Source: an uncultured Deinococcaceae bacterium (GTDB taxonomy: Bacteria; Deinococcota; Deinococci; Deinococcales; Deinococcaceae). From it: 33,413 bases of DNA. The DNA is taken from positions 1 to 33,413 of the forward strand of contig CAXULY010000050.1 in assembly GCA_964252075.1 (NCBI GenBank), read 5' to 3'. This document shows positions 1 through 8,624 of the stretch, one piece after another. The notes under the pieces were generated by a model. That model saw only the letters and a list, made by a program, of their open reading frames with translations. It did not search any database and had not been told where the DNA came from. The position numbers and the translations under genes are program-made. Numbering within the stretch: position 1 is the first letter of the stretch; every line of letters begins with the position of its first letter.

Positions 1-61
<61 letters not shown>

Positions 62-77
62 CAAGCCTGTCCCAGAC

Positions 78-106
78 AGTATATTTCTCCTATCGCCTAG
101 AAACAA
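78..106 (-). promoter_or_regulatory. Element-borne sigma70-like promoter aimed at the restored tRNA-Phe
   Basis: Minus strand TTGTTT (106-101), 17-bp spacer, TATACT (83-78); 21 nt between the -10 box and the tRNA 5' end at 56. Confidence 0.7.
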
Positions 107-331
107 GACCTGCTCTGGAACAAACGATTGCTGCTCCGTCAGCCAGAGGTTTCCCCCGGCCCGACAAAGGATAGCAGAGAGCATGAACGACGTAAAGGGT
201 TGTACTATCCCCGGAGGTGTTTGAGACGCCTTTACGCTGTCAATGGCGCAGACCAACAGCTTCAGGGCATCACGGACCCATCTGGGCCAGGGCTGGTAGA
301 GGTGGCTTAGCGAAGGCGCCTGTGCCGGTAC

Positions 332-3300
332 TTATTCGTTTGCTGCATTGAGTCGATAATTAGCGTTGAGGTCGTCAGAGAGTAGAAGCAACGCCGCGAT
401 GCGTTGAACCATTCGTGTCACCTCGCGTACCTCTTCGACAGTGAGAGGACGGCCCAGGATGACAGCCTCTCTGTAACTCAGCCATTTTTTGATGACTTGA
501 TAGCCGCCCAGGACGTACTCCCAAACCTTCTCCGGCACATTGTCCAGGTACAGTGTGTCGTTGAGGTAGATGCGGTATGCTCGCGCTCCGAGCTGGGGGT
601 CAACGGGTACTTCAGTCTCTTCGAGTTTGCCCCGGCCCGGCATGGTGACGCCACCCCTGCCCACAACGCCCCACCGTGCCGTCACCGCCATATCAGCGGG
701 CATTGGAGTTCCGCCGCCACTCCGCACGACGCGGCCCAAAGCTCGCAAGTTGGCGGGCGCCACGAAAGGACTTTGTGGGTCAAGAAGTTGCGCCACCTGC
801 TGCCCCAAAAGCGCACTGCTCTCCAACAGTTCTGGTGCGGTAGGCAGAGGAATGCGTGGCCAGTCCTGACGCAATGCCCCGTCGTTCTCCTCCCGGTAGA
901 GAGGCGCGTGCATGACGGCAAGGGCATGATGGAAGAGCGCTTCAGACGCCACCCCTACATTTTGAAGGTATTCGGCAGCACGCGACGAGAGGTTAGGCTT
1001 CAACTCATACCCGTCATCCTTGAAACGCTTGAGGCCGTCATGTATGTAGAGGGGAAAGAAGCTGGCACTTCTATCCAGAAGGTCTATGCAACCAGCCACT
1101 GAGACGACCTGAGGAGCGTCTCGCCCGCGCCTAGGCATCTGCTGAGTCGCTATCCATTTGTTGCCCTCTACAACATGTGGAACGTACTCGGCTCTCTTCT
1201 CGTCTAGCAGCTTGGTTTCCGACTCCCAGTAAAGCCATCGAGTGTCGAATGGTCTGTACGCGAAGGGCACAATCCCTGGCGGTCTAATGCCCCGCTTTGA
1301 TAGGTAGCGACGAACCGCAGGACCGTCGAAGCGCCCTGTCTCGGCTAGAGCGCTGGGCATTTCCTGTGCAATTTCAGAATCTGGCACTCCGCGGTCAAAA
1401 TAACGACTCATCCGGTCTTCTAAGCGTTCGCGGTCTGTATCTACCAGTACGCTATCCCGACTGGTTTTGATTCCTGCAAATGACACCGGAAACAGGTCTG
1501 GAAACGTAGGCCAAGTCAAATAATCCGCCTGAACGTTGGTCGGACGGAAGGGTAAGCCCAGCTGAAGTTCAGGAGTGACCTCGCCATACAGGTCCACTTC
1601 GCTCTGTTGTGCCGTTTCTAGTAGAGTGTTCAGTTTGTTGGTGCCCCACAGGTCGCGGTACTGCACACGTCCGCTTTCCTCATGCGCCTCGTTGCGGACC
1701 ATCAGCGCTACGGCTGTTCCGATTTGAATTCCTTCTCTGTTCCACGTTGTGGAGAAGACGCTGGGGTCTGAATGACCGTCAGGGGTGAGCTTTCCCGTCC
1801 GGTAACGGTCTCCGTTAAGATTGTCAATCCAGATACGGTCAAAAACACGGAGGTACTTCTCGCGCATCCCAGTGAACGACAAACCATCCAGCCAGGCAGA
1901 ATTGCTGATGTAGCAGACAACTCCTCGTTGGGTCCGCTCCACAATCTGCCGTTCAGCCATTCGGTAAAAGCGCACATAGAGGTCGTTTAATCCTTGGCCA
2001 ACTGGACGTGGTGCATGAACTGTTTCCCGATAGGCGGTGGTCAACTCGCGCTCTTCACTGACCGCCATGCCCGCAAAGCTGTTGTACGGTGGGTTGCCCA
2101 TCACCACAAGCACAGGTTTGCGCTGTTTGACTTCTGATGCCGCCTCCCACTCGCGCAAGAATTCCGGTACATCATCAGCTAACTGCGGATGCTCACCTTC
2201 CCTCCAGCCTGTGAGGGCGTTGGTCAGATAGACCCTCAGTCGCTCGTCTTCCTGAAGGGGAGAGCCGAGCTGCTTCAGGAGAAGGCTCAGCTTGAGGTGT
2301 GCCACCACGAAGGGCGCAGGCATAATCGCAAAGCCGAAGAGGCGCTGTTTAGCCGCTTCCTTGAGGTCCGAGCCACTGAACGCATCCGCCAGCCCTTCCT
2401 CTTCAAGGGTCGTGTGAATGCGCTGTATCACTTCCAGGAGAAAAGAGCCCGTGCCGGTGCAGGGGTCCAAAACGAACACATTGTCATCGGCCAAGCCCAT
2501 TGGAATTCCCAACTCTTCCCGCAATACGGTGTCTACACGCTCCACCATGTACTTCACAACTTCTGGAGGCGTGTACCAGACGCCGAACTGCTCGCGCACC
2601 ACAGGGTCATAAGCTTCCAGAAAGTCCTCGTAGAAATACTGAATGGCGGAGCTTTCTCGGAAACTGGTGAGGAACTGGTCCCGGTTGATGCGCTCCAACG
2701 CTTCTGTCGCCCAGTCCATCACCACAGACAGGCCAAGTCCTCTCATAGCCTGTGGTGTAGTGAGTTCGGTAAAAAGTCGCTGGATGACGGGCAAGGACAG
2801 TTCATGGGCAGCTGCTCGCCAGTCGAAAGCGCGGGCTACCTGTAGCTCATGGTGGATGACCCAGACACTAAACAAGCCGTAGAACAGGGTTTGCACGAGG
2901 GTGGCCCGAAAAAAGTGTTCTCCCTGGTTGCCTGCAAAATCCACGCCCAGCAGTTCTTTCAATGCCGTTCGCAGATTGCTGAGGGCAGGCGTGTTGACTG
3001 GAAGGGAGTCCAGACGCAATCGGGCCTCTTTTGCATAGGACGCCAGCAACACCGCCACATCTTTGGGTGTGGATAGCCGAGCCCGCCGCATAAAAGTCCG
3101 CCGCAGGAACTCCACAAGCCGCTCGCCATGCTGTTCAGCGGTCTCTGCCGTCCTGCGGGCTTCTCGCCAAAAGATGGCCTCATTCGGCGCTAGGGCGTAT
3201 TCCTCCACAATGCGGGGCTGTGTCGCGCCTTCAACCGCTTCCACCAGAGCGAAACTCCAAAGGTTGGTGACAAGTACCTGCCCGTAGCGCCCGAGGTAGC

Positions 3301-3613
3301 GGCCCACCTGCTCGCTGTTTATGGTTGCGTGCAGAGCCTCTGCTGTACCCTTTACTTCCACAACTCCACGCGCCGGGATTTGAGTGTCCTTTGCCTCATC
3401 GTCCCGAAGCTGCTCTATGGTGAACAGGCCCGCATCGGGAATGCCAACCCCTATGTTTTGGGGATGAGGAATGGCGCGCACGCCGGGGCGCACGCTAGAA
3501 CCCACACCATCCAGCAGGTTGAAGAGTGCGGTGTAATTGGAGGTTTCAGCGACGCCCGACGCTCGGGCTTGGAGAAGGGCCTGAAGGTACGCGGCAAGCA
3601 GGGCGTGGGGCAT
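332..3613 (-). CDS. Single-polypeptide restriction-modification enzyme (Type IIG/IIL-like: N-terminal PD-(D/E)xK nuclease, N6-adenine MTase, ISP-like C-terminal target recognition domain)
   Basis: PD...VVEVK nuclease-like motif; GVWYTP, motif I VLDPCTGTGSF, motif IV GNPPY; C-terminal YRPFD/PRIP/IGGYQV.KKWL-like segments; no helicase motifs; start placed at ATG 3613 (MPHALL). Confidence 0.85.
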   Translation of the reverse strand: MPHALLAAYLQALLQARASGVAETSNYTALFNLLDGVGSSVRPGVRAIPHPQNIGVGIPDAGLFTIEQLRDDEAKDTQIPARGVVEVKGTAEALHATINSEQVGRYLGRYGQVLVTNLWSFALVEAVEGATQPRIVEEYALAPNEAIFWREARRTAETAEQHGERLVEFLRRTFMRRARLSTPKDVAVLLASYAKEARLRLDSLPVNTPALSNLRTALKELLGVDFAGNQGEHFFRATLVQTLFYGLFSVWVIHHELQVARAFDWRAAAHELSLPVIQRLFTELTTPQAMRGLGLSVVMDWATEALERINRDQFLTSFRESSAIQYFYEDFLEAYDPVVREQFGVWYTPPEVVKYMVERVDTVLREELGIPMGLADDNVFVLDPCTGTGSFLLEVIQRIHTTLEEEGLADAFSGSDLKEAAKQRLFGFAIMPAPFVVAHLKLSLLLKQLGSPLQEDERLRVYLTNALTGWREGEHPQLADDVPEFLREWEAASEVKQRKPVLVVMGNPPYNSFAGMAVSEERELTTAYRETVHAPRPVGQGLNDLYVRFYRMAERQIVERTQRGVVCYISNSAWLDGLSFTGMREKYLRVFDRIWIDNLNGDRYRTGKLTPDGHSDPSVFSTTWNREGIQIGTAVALMVRNEAHEESGRVQYRDLWGTNKLNTLLETAQQSEVDLYGEVTPELQLGLPFRPTNVQADYLTWPTFPDLFPVSFAGIKTSRDSVLVDTDRERLEDRMSRYFDRGVPDSEIAQEMPSALAETGRFDGPAVRRYLSKRGIRPPGIVPFAYRPFDTRWLYWESETKLLDEKRAEYVPHVVEGNKWIATQQMPRRGRDAPQVVSVAGCIDLLDRSASFFPLYIHDGLKRFKDDGYELKPNLSSRAAEYLQNVGVASEALFHHALAVMHAPLYREENDGALRQDWPRIPLPTAPELLESSALLGQQVAQLLDPQSPFVAPANLRALGRVVRSGGGTPMPADMAVTARWGVVGRGGVTMPGRGKLEETEVPVDPQLGARAYRIYLNDTLYLDNVPEKVWEYVLGGYQVIKKWLSYREAVILGRPLTVEEVREVTRMVQRIAALLLLSDDLNANYRLNAANE

Positions 3614-3689
3614 CCAAAGGTAGAGTACATGTGAACGCTCCAGCAAGAGTCAGCATGTGTCTACTTTGTGTTTTTTGTGGTAATTCCTT

Positions 3690-5030
3690 TTAGCTCTTGA
3701 CTTCCAGAAAGAGGGGGATGCCCTGTTCTTTTCCCCTTTTCTGCACCTCTCTCCGCATAGCGGACAGGACCGTTTCTCTCTTTGTTACGTCGTGCAGGGA
3801 AAAGGTGATTCCGTCGTGTTCATGACTTAAAATGGTGCAAGTGTTCTTATATTTTCTTGCCGCGATGTAACATCCCTCGATTGCATAGCGTTCATAACTT
3901 TGAAGCTCAATTGCAACCAGGCTGGATGGTTTTTTCCACTGCTGTACCGAAGTTCCGTCGGCAAGTTCAATTGTACTGTTACTCGCCTGTATATTCTCTT
4001 GCCTTTGTTTGGAAGCTTCCCGGATTTCTGTGACAATGGGCAACTGGAGGAAGTCTGTCTTCACCTTCTCAGGAATGCCCCGAAGGTTTTCGATTACCTT
4101 CTCCGTACCCGCACCATTGACAACACAGTAGATTGCATGCTTTAACGTGCCCTTTATGCCTTCAGAATATGGCAGGTCCACCATGTTACAAAGGCCCTGC
4201 CATGCATTTGTACCACTCTCAAGGAAGGCTTTTAAAAGCCTCAAATCCCATTTATATGCGGCAATGTACAAGTGGGCAGACGTTAAGTCAACTTCTACTG
4301 TCTCGTATAGAATTTGTCGTCGGTACTTTTTCTTGAGACTTTGGAGGCTGTAGCCTTCAGCGAAGAGGCGCGTATAGCAACTTGGTTCCATGTATTTTGG
4401 AAACAAGTCGTCTCTCAGTACTGCCAGGTTTCCCAGATATTGTCTACGCTTGTGTATTGACAAACTTCCGTCGGCGAGCGCATTTCTGATAACTTCATCA
4501 ACGGCGTGGTAATATTTACTATATTTTATAGGCTTTACCACATCATGGAAGTATTCCGTGATGATACTACTGGGAGATTGATAGTAGTATTCATGATTTC
4601 GTTTCGATGCGGCATTGCGTTTTCGCTCATTCCGCTTTTCGCCTGTTGACAACAAGACTCTATCAGGTTCACTGATATGCTCGTAATCCTTGCTTACCGC
4701 CTCGATGATGCTCGATGGAAACGTTGGGCTAAGAGTCCTTGATTTGCCTTCTTTCCAGCTATGAGGACCAATATTCAACTCTATCCCTGTTTCTCTCTCG
4801 AAGCTTTGGAGCAAATCAATGACGGGCCTGGATGTGTCGTGCCATCCGAGCAAACGTGAGAAGGATTTTGAGTGTAAATAGAATTCTTTTGAGGGGTCCA
4901 ACAGATGGGGATGAAAGAGAATGCGTTCAAGCAGCACCAGAAATTCTGGAGTGTTGAAGGCACTAGGAAAGGAATCAACTAGAAGGAGACGAAGGTGAGG
5001 GGAGACAGTACGAAAGGGAAGATAGTTCAT
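3690..5030 (-). CDS. Divergent family A polymerase-like protein (TV-Pol-like, putative primase-polymerase/replication protein)
   Basis: Ordered motifs TRLF..SLQSL (cf. TGRL..NLQNI), VEVDLTSAH (motif A), KGTLKHAIYCVVNG (motif B), ELQSYE, LSHEHDGITF (motif C). Confidence 0.65.
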   Translation of the reverse strand: MNYLPFRTVSPHLRLLLVDSFPSAFNTPEFLVLLERILFHPHLLDPSKEFYLHSKSFSRLLGWHDTSRPVIDLLQSFERETGIELNIGPHSWKEGKSRTLSPTFPSSIIEAVSKDYEHISEPDRVLLSTGEKRNERKRNAASKRNHEYYYQSPSSIITEYFHDVVKPIKYSKYYHAVDEVIRNALADGSLSIHKRRQYLGNLAVLRDDLFPKYMEPSCYTRLFAEGYSLQSLKKKYRRQILYETVEVDLTSAHLYIAAYKWDLRLLKAFLESGTNAWQGLCNMVDLPYSEGIKGTLKHAIYCVVNGAGTEKVIENLRGIPEKVKTDFLQLPIVTEIREASKQRQENIQASNSTIELADGTSVQQWKKPSSLVAIELQSYERYAIEGCYIAARKYKNTCTILSHEHDGITFSLHDVTKRETVLSAMRREVQKRGKEQGIPLFLEVKS

Positions 5031-5167
5031 AGGTCAGAAGAAGAAGTAGTGGAAGCACTCCTCCTATGTAGATTGATTTAGATTGATAGCAAGTCCAACA
5101 AACCTCGTTTCATTCAGTAGATTGGGCATAATCGCTGCCGTTGGACGCCTACAGAATTCCCCCAACT

Positions 5168-5353
5168 TCATCTGTCTCCGAAGAGACCGCTTGATTCAAT
5201 CTCCTCGACGGTTTTTGCGGCGATGCGGTAATTTCTATGCCCCACCGTAATTGCTGGAATGATGTTCTCGCTAATCAGCTTGTAGATTGTGGATGTGCTG
5301 ACGTTGAATAGGCTTGCGAATTCTGCAACGGTATAATAATGTAATCTTTTCAT
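5168..5353 (-). CDS. Excisionase-like helix-turn-helix DNA-binding protein
   Basis: 61 aa, YTVAEFASLFNVSTSTIYKLI...IPAITVG..YRI pattern of excisionase/HTH_17 proteins; GGAG RBS; located next to the integrase. Confidence 0.85.
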   Translation of the reverse strand: MKRLHYYTVAEFASLFNVSTSTIYKLISENIIPAITVGHRNYRIAAKTVEEIESSGLFGDR

Positions 5354-5764
5354 GTTTCTCCAATTGAATATTATTCACCCAGTCTATTGTTATGGCTTGC
5401 AAAATTCCAATCTAAGCATTTACTTCCATTTCCCGACATGCCTCATTCTACTTATCAGTTGGATTGCGCGCGGTGTGCTGACCGCTTGTGTAAAACTTTC
5501 ACTTGCGCCCTACTGACCAAAGTGAAAGATTTCACTTTATGAGAAGGGACCCTCCTGGTGCTGGCCTCCCCCAACTTGGCTCGGGTTTGCCCGGCGAGCT
5601 GGCGCTTTTCGGCTCTTGTAGTGCCCGCTCAGCCCGCAGGAACCGCCTCTGAGGGTGTGAGGAAGGGGCAAAACTTCAGATTTACTCCTGAAGCTCCTGC
5701 GCAATTGACCATTGAATAAAGAGACGAGCGCATGAGTGCTCGCCTCCTTGCACCTGCCCAGTCG

Positions 5765-6658
5765 TCAGAGGTTGTCCACGGGTGAGAACCGGAGATGGGC
5801 GGCTTTCAAATCGTCATCCAGAAACGTCACGTACCGCCGCGTCATTTCCAAATGGCTGTGCCCCATGATTTGCTGCAAGGTGAACACGTCGCCTCCGTTG
5901 CGGAGGTAGTTCACCGCGAAACCTCGTCGAAAGGCATGTGGGGCAGTTTGCGCACGCTCTAGCCCAAGCGTCTTTCCCAATTGGGCGAGTCGAATGCTGA
6001 CGCCACTCACGGTGAGGGGTAAGCCCCAGCGATTGAGAAAGACACTCTGAACACCGCCGTGGTGAGGGCGGCGCTCCCTTCGAAGGTATGCGCCCACAGC
6101 TTGCATTGCTTTGGCTCCAATGGGCACGAATCGCTGTTTGCTTCCCTTGCCCATGACCTGCACCAATCCCTTGTCGAAGAGCAAATGGGCTGTGGTGAGG
6201 TCCAGCAGTTCTTGAATCCGTAGGCCAATGTCAAACAGCATCAACACTATGGCGGTGTCTCTCAGTGGTTGGTCGGTGGTCTTGCTCAGCTTGACCAGAA
6301 GCTTCGCTATTTCGGGCGTGACGGCTGCCTGTCGCTCTTTCGGCAGGGAAGGGAGTTCCAAACGCCGTGCTGGATTGCGCGTCAAAAGTTCTTCTTTAAA
6401 TCCCCACGAATACACGGCACGCACGGCGCGGGCATAAGCATGGACCCCACCTGCTGCGAGTCCCTGTTCCTCCAGCCACAGCAGGAAACCGCGCAGATGG
6501 CTGACGGTCACGGTTTCAACGGTGGGTGCAATTTGCTGCTGCTCGAAGTACCGCGCAAGGGTACGGCGGGTGACGTCGTAATAGCGCAAGGTGGCCTTGC
6601 TGCGTCGCTTGACCCGGAGGTGGTAGAAGAATTGCTGCCAGAGGTCTTCTGTCGTCAT
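5765..6658 (-). CDS. Tyrosine recombinase/integrase
   Basis: RD.A...LFDIGLRIQEL, GKGSKQR, HAFRR, MGHS...T.RY catalytic motifs; start at ATG 6658 (MTTEDLW) after GGAAAGGG. Confidence 0.93.
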   Translation of the reverse strand: MTTEDLWQQFFYHLRVKRRSKATLRYYDVTRRTLARYFEQQQIAPTVETVTVSHLRGFLLWLEEQGLAAGGVHAYARAVRAVYSWGFKEELLTRNPARRLELPSLPKERQAAVTPEIAKLLVKLSKTTDQPLRDTAIVLMLFDIGLRIQELLDLTTAHLLFDKGLVQVMGKGSKQRFVPIGAKAMQAVGAYLRRERRPHHGGVQSVFLNRWGLPLTVSGVSIRLAQLGKTLGLERAQTAPHAFRRGFAVNYLRNGGDVFTLQQIMGHSHLEMTRRYVTFLDDDLKAAHLRFSPVDNL

Positions 6659-6737
6659 GGGTGAGACCCTTTCCGACAGGCTTAGCGGTGCGGCTCTGGA
6701 GCAAACGATTTTCGCTTCGTCAGGTTCCTGACTGCTC

Positions 6738-6774
6738 AACAAAAGAAGAAGAACCCCGTCTGAGACAGGGTTCT
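6738..6774 (-). terminator. Intrinsic terminator between the truncated tRNA-Phe and the integrase
   Basis: Minus strand AGAACCCTGTC-TCA-GACGGGGTTCT followed by TCTTCTTTTGTT. Confidence 0.75.
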
Positions 6775-6809
6775 CGTTGTCTTGCTGTCGCTCAAAACGT
6801 CTTGGTATC

Positions 6810-6860
6810 CCCAACGATTTTCAGTCGTTTGCTCTACCAACTGAGCTACTTTGCCGTGCT
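6810..6860 (-). repeat. att direct repeat, copy 2: truncated 5' fragment of tRNA-Phe (nt 1-46 plus 5 nt of leader)
   Basis: Identical to 11-61; the following sequence (GATACCAAGACG...) has no T-arm or 3' acceptor strand. Confidence 0.93.
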
Positions 6861-6931
6861 TGGGGCGCCTCGCGGCGACCCCTCTTGCTCGTGCGGGTGC
6901 GGCCTGCCTGCGCCGCACCCGTGGAGCCTTC

Positions 6932-7007
<76 letters not shown>

Positions 7008-7047
7008 ACACCAGCTGCCTTGAGGGCTGTTCCTCTCAGCGCGGTTA

Positions 7048-7076
7048 AGTCTAGCGGCGACCTCCAATCTTGTCAA
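7048..7076 (-). promoter_or_regulatory. Native promoter of the tRNA-Asp/tRNA-Phe operon
   Basis: TTGACA (7076-7071), 17-bp spacer, TAGACT (7053-7048). Confidence 0.8.
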
Positions 7077-7104
7077 CACGCCCACAATGGCGCGCGCACG
7101 CGGC

Positions 7105-7866
7105 CTAGAACGGCGCGGCGCGCACGCTGGTGACGGGGTTGTCCAGTTCCGGCCGCACGATCAGCTCGAGGTACTCGCGGGCGTGCAGCGCGTCAATCAT
7201 GGCGAAGCGCCCGCTGTCGTGCTGCAGGATGCCGCTCTTCATCTGCGTGTGGCCGTACACGCCGTACCCGAGGCCCGCCATCTCCACGTACTCCGGGCTG
7301 TCCAGCCACCAGCGCTTGTGCGTGGGGTCGCTGTAGAACAGGTCGTCGTACTGCGCCATGTGCGGCAGCGGGCCCACGTGCGCGAAGTGCAGGCTCCCCA
7401 CCCGCAACTCGCGCAGGAACCCGTCGAACCACGCGTGCAGGTGCGCGGGCAGCGGCACGCCGCCGTGCGACGGGTCGAACTCCGTGTGCCGCAGGCCACC
7501 CCCGGTGCCCAGCACGTACTGGTGACTCAGCACCGCGTCGTCGTGGTTGCCGAGCACGATGTGGACGCTGCGCGGCGCCGCGAGGTGATAGGCGCGCAGG
7601 CGCTCCAGCTGCTCCACCTGCCGCGTGGACGCCAGTTGCAGGTGCTCGGGGTCCGTGAAGTCGAAGTCGCGCACGCCGATCAGCCGCGCGTAATCCTGCG
7701 CGCTCTTGGGGTGCACGAGGTCCCCGATCAGCACCACCTGGTACGCGCCGGACAGCACGGGCGGGGTGGGGCGGCCCTGCGCGTCGGCGGCCTGCGCGGC
7801 CCGCAGTGCCCCCCACAGGCCGTCCCAGTCCGCGTGCACGTCCCCGATCGCGATGAATTTGTGCAT
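7105..7866 (-). CDS. Calcineurin-like metallophosphoesterase
   Basis: GDVH, GDLV, GNHD, FAH and GHT motifs. Confidence 0.88.
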   Translation of the reverse strand: MHKFIAIGDVHADWDGLWGALRAAQAADAQGRPTPPVLSGAYQVVLIGDLVHPKSAQDYARLIGVRDFDFTDPEHLQLASTRQVEQLERLRAYHLAAPRSVHIVLGNHDDAVLSHQYVLGTGGGLRHTEFDPSHGGVPLPAHLHAWFDGFLRELRVGSLHFAHVGPLPHMAQYDDLFYSDPTHKRWWLDSPEYVEMAGLGYGVYGHTQMKSGILQHDSGRFAMIDALHAREYLELIVRPELDNPVTSVRAAPF

Positions 7867-8477
7867 CAGTGCGGGCTCTGCAGCGTCTTGAGTTCCCGGT
7901 ACACCTCGCGGCTCTCCTCAAGGGTGTTGCCGTACCCGCGCCGCGCCAGCACGCGCGCCGCCTGCCCGCCCAGCCCGGCGGCCTTGAGGTTCTCCAGCAG
8001 GTCGTCAATGTGCTTGCGCGCCCGCACCAGCTGCGGGTCCACCGTGGGTTCCGGCTCGGCGCGCGGCGCGCCGCTCGGGGCGGGCGCGTCCTGGCCGGAC
8101 AGTTCGTCGGTGTTCGCGCCCTCCTCCGGGTCGTACTCCACCCAGTGCGCGTCGGGCGCGGCGGGCAGCAGGCCCCAGGCGCGCGCGGCCTCCGCGGCGG
8201 CGAGCGCCTGCGCGTCCGCGAGGGCGGGCGCCACCGCGAGGCCCTCGCGGTCCCCGCCGAGCAGGTGCAGGCGGCAGCGCACCACGTAAGGCGCGCTCTG
8301 CTCCACCGCCCAGCGCAGCCCCCAGGCCTCATCGAAACTGGATTGCAGGGCGGCGTACAGCGCCTGCAGGGACAGCGCGGCAGCGACGCGCGCCTGCTCG
8401 CCCCGAACTTCAATTACGGCCCAGTGCGGCCCCTCGCGGTGGAGGAGGTCGCGCGCGGCCTCCAGGTCGGCATGCAT
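7866..8477 (-). CDS. DdrA-like (Rad52/Rad22-related) paralog
   Basis: V..RL.LLG..REG, WV.YD and C-terminal REVYRELK resemble Deinococcus DdrA; leaderless TATACT-N6-ATG at 8477. Confidence 0.6.
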   Translation of the reverse strand: MHADLEAARDLLHREGPHWAVIEVRGEQARVAAALSLQALYAALQSSFDEAWGLRWAVEQSAPYVVRCRLHLLGGDREGLAVAPALADAQALAAAEAARAWGLLPAAPDAHWVEYDPEEGANTDELSGQDAPAPSGAPRAEPEPTVDPQLVRARKHIDDLLENLKAAGLGGQAARVLARRGYGNTLEESREVYRELKTLQSPH

Positions 8478-8547
8478 GCGGCCAGTATACGGGCCCGCGC
8501 GCCCAGCGCCGGATGAAAATTTTCCGACCCTCCCTTTGCGTGCGCGC

Positions 8548-8587
8548 CCCAGGTGACGTTTGTCAGGCGCGCAGGCTGACACCTGGG
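8548..8587. promoter_or_regulatory. Putative NarL/DesR-type response-regulator site upstream of the ABC operon
   Basis: TGAC-N4-GTCA palindrome (8554-8565), second TGAC (8577-8580), flanking CCCAGGTG/CACCTGGG inverted repeat; -10 TAAGCT 6 nt before ATG 8625. Confidence 0.5.
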
Positions 8588-8624
8588 ACTGCGCGGCGCG
8601 CGCGCCGCTGCCTAAGCTGCGGGC

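Noticed and set aside
332..3613. Full Type ISP or BREX PglX system
   Set aside because: No helicase/ATPase motifs and no BREX partner genes; the element boundaries leave no room for them.
5354..5764. Deinococcus radiation/desiccation response motif (RDRM) controlling the element
   Set aside because: No convincing match to the 17-bp palindrome by eye; a PWM scan would be needed.
6659..6814. N-terminal extension of the integrase ORF into the att site (SSV-type split integrase idea)
   Set aside because: The extension runs through the terminator hairpin, is low-complexity, and a better ATG with a purine-rich RBS exists at 6658.
6780..6855. Second functional tRNA-Phe
   Set aside because: Identity stops at nt 46; no T-arm, 3' acceptor strand or CCA follows.
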